A stretch of DNA of 10,967 nt from a virus (lineage: Duplodnaviria > Heunggongvirae > Uroviricota > Caudoviricetes), in IMG/VR virus record IMGVR_UViG_2541047881_000003. One strand, 5' to 3'. The stretch's first letter is position 1. Each line of letters opens with the position of its first letter. The position numbers and the translations under genes were made by a program. Positions 9,100 to 10,967 of the stretch are shown here, in pieces. Below the pieces are notes generated by a model. It was not told the DNA's origin. It did no database searches and saw nothing but the letters and a program-made list of their open reading frames with translations.

Positions 9100-9375
9100 G
9101 TGGCTTCTGTTTCTATCAGCTGTCCCTCCTGTTCAGCTACTGACGGGGTGGTGCGTAACGGCAAAAGCACCGCCGGACATCAGCGCTATCTCTGCTCTCA
9201 CTGCCGTAAAACATGGCAACTGCAGTTCACTTACACCGCTTCTCAACCCGGTACGCACCAGAAAATCATTGATATGGCCATGAATGGCGTTGGATGCCGG
9301 GCAACTGCCCGCATTATGGGCGTTGGCCTCAACACGATTTTACGTCACTTAAAAAACTCAGGCCGCAGTCGGTAA
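9100..9375 (+). CDS. insA: IS1 InsA (transposition regulator, zinc finger/HTH)
   Basis: 91-aa [43 protein letters not shown]…. Confidence 0.9.
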
Positions 9376-9797
9376 CCTCGCGCATACAGCCGGGCAGTGA
9401 CGTCATCGTCTGCGCGGAAATGGACGAACAGTGGGGCTATGTCGGGGCTAAATCGCGCCAGCGCTGGCTGTTTTACGCGTATGACAGGCTCCGGAAGACG
9501 GTTGTTGCGCACGTATTCGGTGAACGCACGATGGCGACGCTGGGGCGTCTTATGAGCCTGCTGTCACCCTTTGACGTGGTGATATGGATGACGGATGGCT
9601 GGCCGCTGTATGAATCCCGCCTGAAGGGAAAGCTGCACGTAATCAGCAAGCGATATACGCAGCGAATTGAGCGGCATAACCTGAATCTGAGGCAGCACCT
9701 GGCACGGCTGGGACGGAAGTCGCTGTCGTTCTCAAAATCGGTGGAGCTGCATGACAAAGTCATCGGGCATTATCTGAACATAAAACACTATCAATAA
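9294..9797 (+). CDS. insB: IS1 InsB (transposase catalytic part; expressed as InsAB' by -1 frameshift)
   Basis: 167-aa ORF in the -1 frame relative to insA; A6C slippery run at 9351-9357. Confidence 0.9.
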
Positions 9798-9812
9798 GTT
9801 GGAGTCATTACC

Positions 9813-9821
9813 GGTAACCTT
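9813..9821. repeat. IS1 target-site duplication, right copy (GGTAACCTT)
   Basis: Identical 9-mer immediately flanks both IS1 ends. Confidence 0.85.
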
Positions 9822-10266
9822 TTGACCTTCAAATAAGGTTCGATAATTATCATTCTGAATCGCAGAAAAATGCACAAACACATCTTTACTACCATCAACA
9901 GGAGAAATAAAGCCGAAACCTTTATCAGCGTTAAACCATTTTACTAAACCAGTCATTTTATTTGACATTCTACATTCCTTAACTTGAGCCTTTCGGCATA
10001 AATGGTTTGCATAACAGAAACGACTTCGTACTTAATTGGAGAGACTCAAAGAAGGAATAAGTGAATAACACCTGAAATGAGAACTGCTTTAGTAAACTAC
10101 TTCGTATATCGTCTGTTCTTCAAACCGACGCAGTCATTAACTCATAGTTGAACATATGAAGCAATGTTTATTTTAGACATCCAGCCACCTTCAATCCTAT
10201 CAAAAAAGTAGTTTTCTCCAGGAACGTGTGTATGGTGCACCAGGTTATCAGTATTAAGGAGTTTTT

Positions 10267-10480
10267 CTGTCCCCTAAAATGACAGGAATTGTCAAAAACT
10301 TTGACTACAAAAGCAGCAAAGGTCTTATATTCCCATCCGATGGCGTATCGATGCCCAGCTTCACGTTTCAGCTCTCAATCTTCGAGATGCAGAAGAAATT
10401 ACCACAGGATTACGCGTGGAATTTTGCTGGATAAATGGTTCGCGTGGACCTTCAACTGCCAATGTTTATCCCGGGATGAG
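10267..10480 (+). pseudogene. cspF: CspF/CspH-like cold shock gene, apparently inactivated (start codon position reads CTG; frameshift near 10343-10345); 3' limit approximate
   Basis: One frame gives [22 protein letters not shown], then homology continues in another frame ([10 protein letters not shown]…[21 protein letters not shown]); AAGGAG (10256-10261) is spaced for the codon at 10267, which is CTG here; relies on recalled CspF/CspH sequences. Confidence 0.55.
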
Positions 10481-10512
10481 ATTCAATATCTCTATTGCCC
10501 CATTTAAAGCAC

Positions 10513-10537
10513 AAAAACCCGCTTATAAGCGGGTTTT
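10513..10537. terminator. bidirectional intrinsic terminator (perfect palindrome AAAACCCGCTTATAAGCGGGTTTT with T-tracts on both strands); candidate tR' for the late promoter and terminator for cspF
   Basis: Perfect inverted repeat read directly; A-run upstream and T-run downstream make it functional in either direction. Confidence 0.6.
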
Positions 10538-10583
10538 CTACTTTTTTCTAAACGTCGGATACACAAAGCCCATCGTTGAGAAA

Positions 10584-10612
10584 ATCTTATCCATGTTTTT
10601 TGAAAAATGCAA
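10584..10612 (-). promoter_or_regulatory. candidate sigma70 late promoter (pR'-like) just downstream of the Q gene: -35 TTGCAT (10612-10607), 17-bp spacer, -10 TAAGAT (10589-10584)
   Basis: Hexamers found by eye on the minus strand about 50 nt upstream of the palindromic terminator; placement matches lambdoid Q-pR'-tR' architecture; hexamer matches are moderate only. Confidence 0.25.
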
Positions 10613-10643
10613 ACATCATGTCGCCATCTTCAGCAAAAATCAT

Positions 10644-10967
10644 TTATCTCGTCACCTTCCTCAATTGCGCTTCCGCGTATGCTTCTTCCTGCCAGCACTT
10701 TGTTACCAGTTTACCAATGACGTCCGCATACCCCTTATACCACTGATAATCGGTCAGGTCTGGTACCAGCTTCTGGACATGACGTCGTGCCAGCGTGGTC
10801 GGTAAACGACTAAACCGGTTTCCATTACAACGCCCACAAATCTTATATACCGGTACGCCATGAAACCGGGTTCTTTTTTCATCCAGAACAATCCCTTTAC
10901 CCTTACACCCTCTGCACGCTGTGCTGACTTCGCCCTTACCATGGCAATGCTGACATAGTTCCTTCAC
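10644..10967 (-). CDS. quuQ: late-gene antiterminator Q, C-terminal part (5' end lies beyond the window)
   Basis: Translation …[51 protein letters not shown]… has the Cys-x2-Cys…Cys-x2-Cys zinc-binding region typical of Q proteins; reading frame is open to the window edge. Confidence 0.8.
   Translation of the reverse strand: MKELCQHCHGKGEVSTACRGCKGKGIVLDEKRTRFHGVPVYKICGRCNGNRFSRLPTTLARRHVQKLVPDLTDYQWYKGYADVIGKLVTKCWQEEAYAEAQLRKVTR

Larger units (their letters stand above)
9045..9812 (+). mobile_element. IS1: IS1 insertion sequence, complete (768 bp)
   Basis: Ends GGTGATGCTGCCAACTTACTGAT… / …ATCAATAAGTTGGAGTCATTACC; exact canonical length; insA/insB in -1 frame arrangement; flanked by a perfect 9-bp direct repeat. 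Confidence 0.9.
8976..9968 (-). pseudogene. cspB: cold shock protein CspB gene interrupted by IS1 (N-terminal part 9813-9968, C-terminal part 8976-9044)
   Basis: Minus-strand translation [52 protein letters not shown] then IS1; on the far side of IS1 the same frame resumes KVTFSIESGAKGPAAANVIITD-stop; KVT is encoded by the duplicated 9 bp. Confidence 0.85.

Noticed and set aside
9071-9763. Alternative-frame ORFs inside IS1 (9071..9283 +, 9473..9763 -)
   Set aside because: Within or antisense to the canonical IS1 insA/insB frames.
9732-9812. Reading of the cspB N-terminal ORF into IS1 as a 78-aa protein
   Set aside because: The tail after …EGQKVT is read-through into the IS1 right end, not native coding sequence; the locus is treated as an interrupted gene.
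10289-10805. ORFs 10289..10507 (+) and 10416..10805 (+) as independent genes
   Set aside because: 10289 is an off-frame read of the cspF region; 10416..10805 is the post-frameshift continuation of cspF homology, then runs through the terminator and antisense into Q.
10754-10942. ORF 10754..10942 (-)
   Set aside because: Alternative frame nested inside the Q antiterminator gene.

Overview
This window reads as a decayed lambdoid cryptic prophage of the Qin type from an Escherichia/Shigella-like genome, entered from the host transporter gene ydfJ. In order it holds: ydfJ (minus strand, N-terminus apparently cut at the prophage boundary); a long AT-rich spacer with a possible 37-codon membrane-peptide ORF; ydfK; the first ~55 codons of a Pin-type serine recombinase cut by a complete 1258-bp IS3 with no target duplication (so the tail-fibre/terminase region is probably deleted); small moron genes (ynfO-like, ydfO-like, gnsB, ynfN-like); cspI; an apparently intact lysis cassette (Rz with embedded Rz1, SAR-type endolysin, ydfR, dual-start pinholin); a CxxC zinc-ribbon mini-protein; cspB split by a 768-bp IS1 with a perfect 9-bp target duplication; a decayed cspF; a palindromic terminator with a candidate late promoter; and the C-terminal part of antiterminator Q running off the window end. 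I found no CRISPR array, tRNA or rRNA. I do not see a convincing novel multi-gene system; the most interesting unknowns are small uncharacterised ORFs and the pattern of IS-driven decay around an intact lysis module. All gene identities rest on reading the translations and recalled family features, not on any database search.
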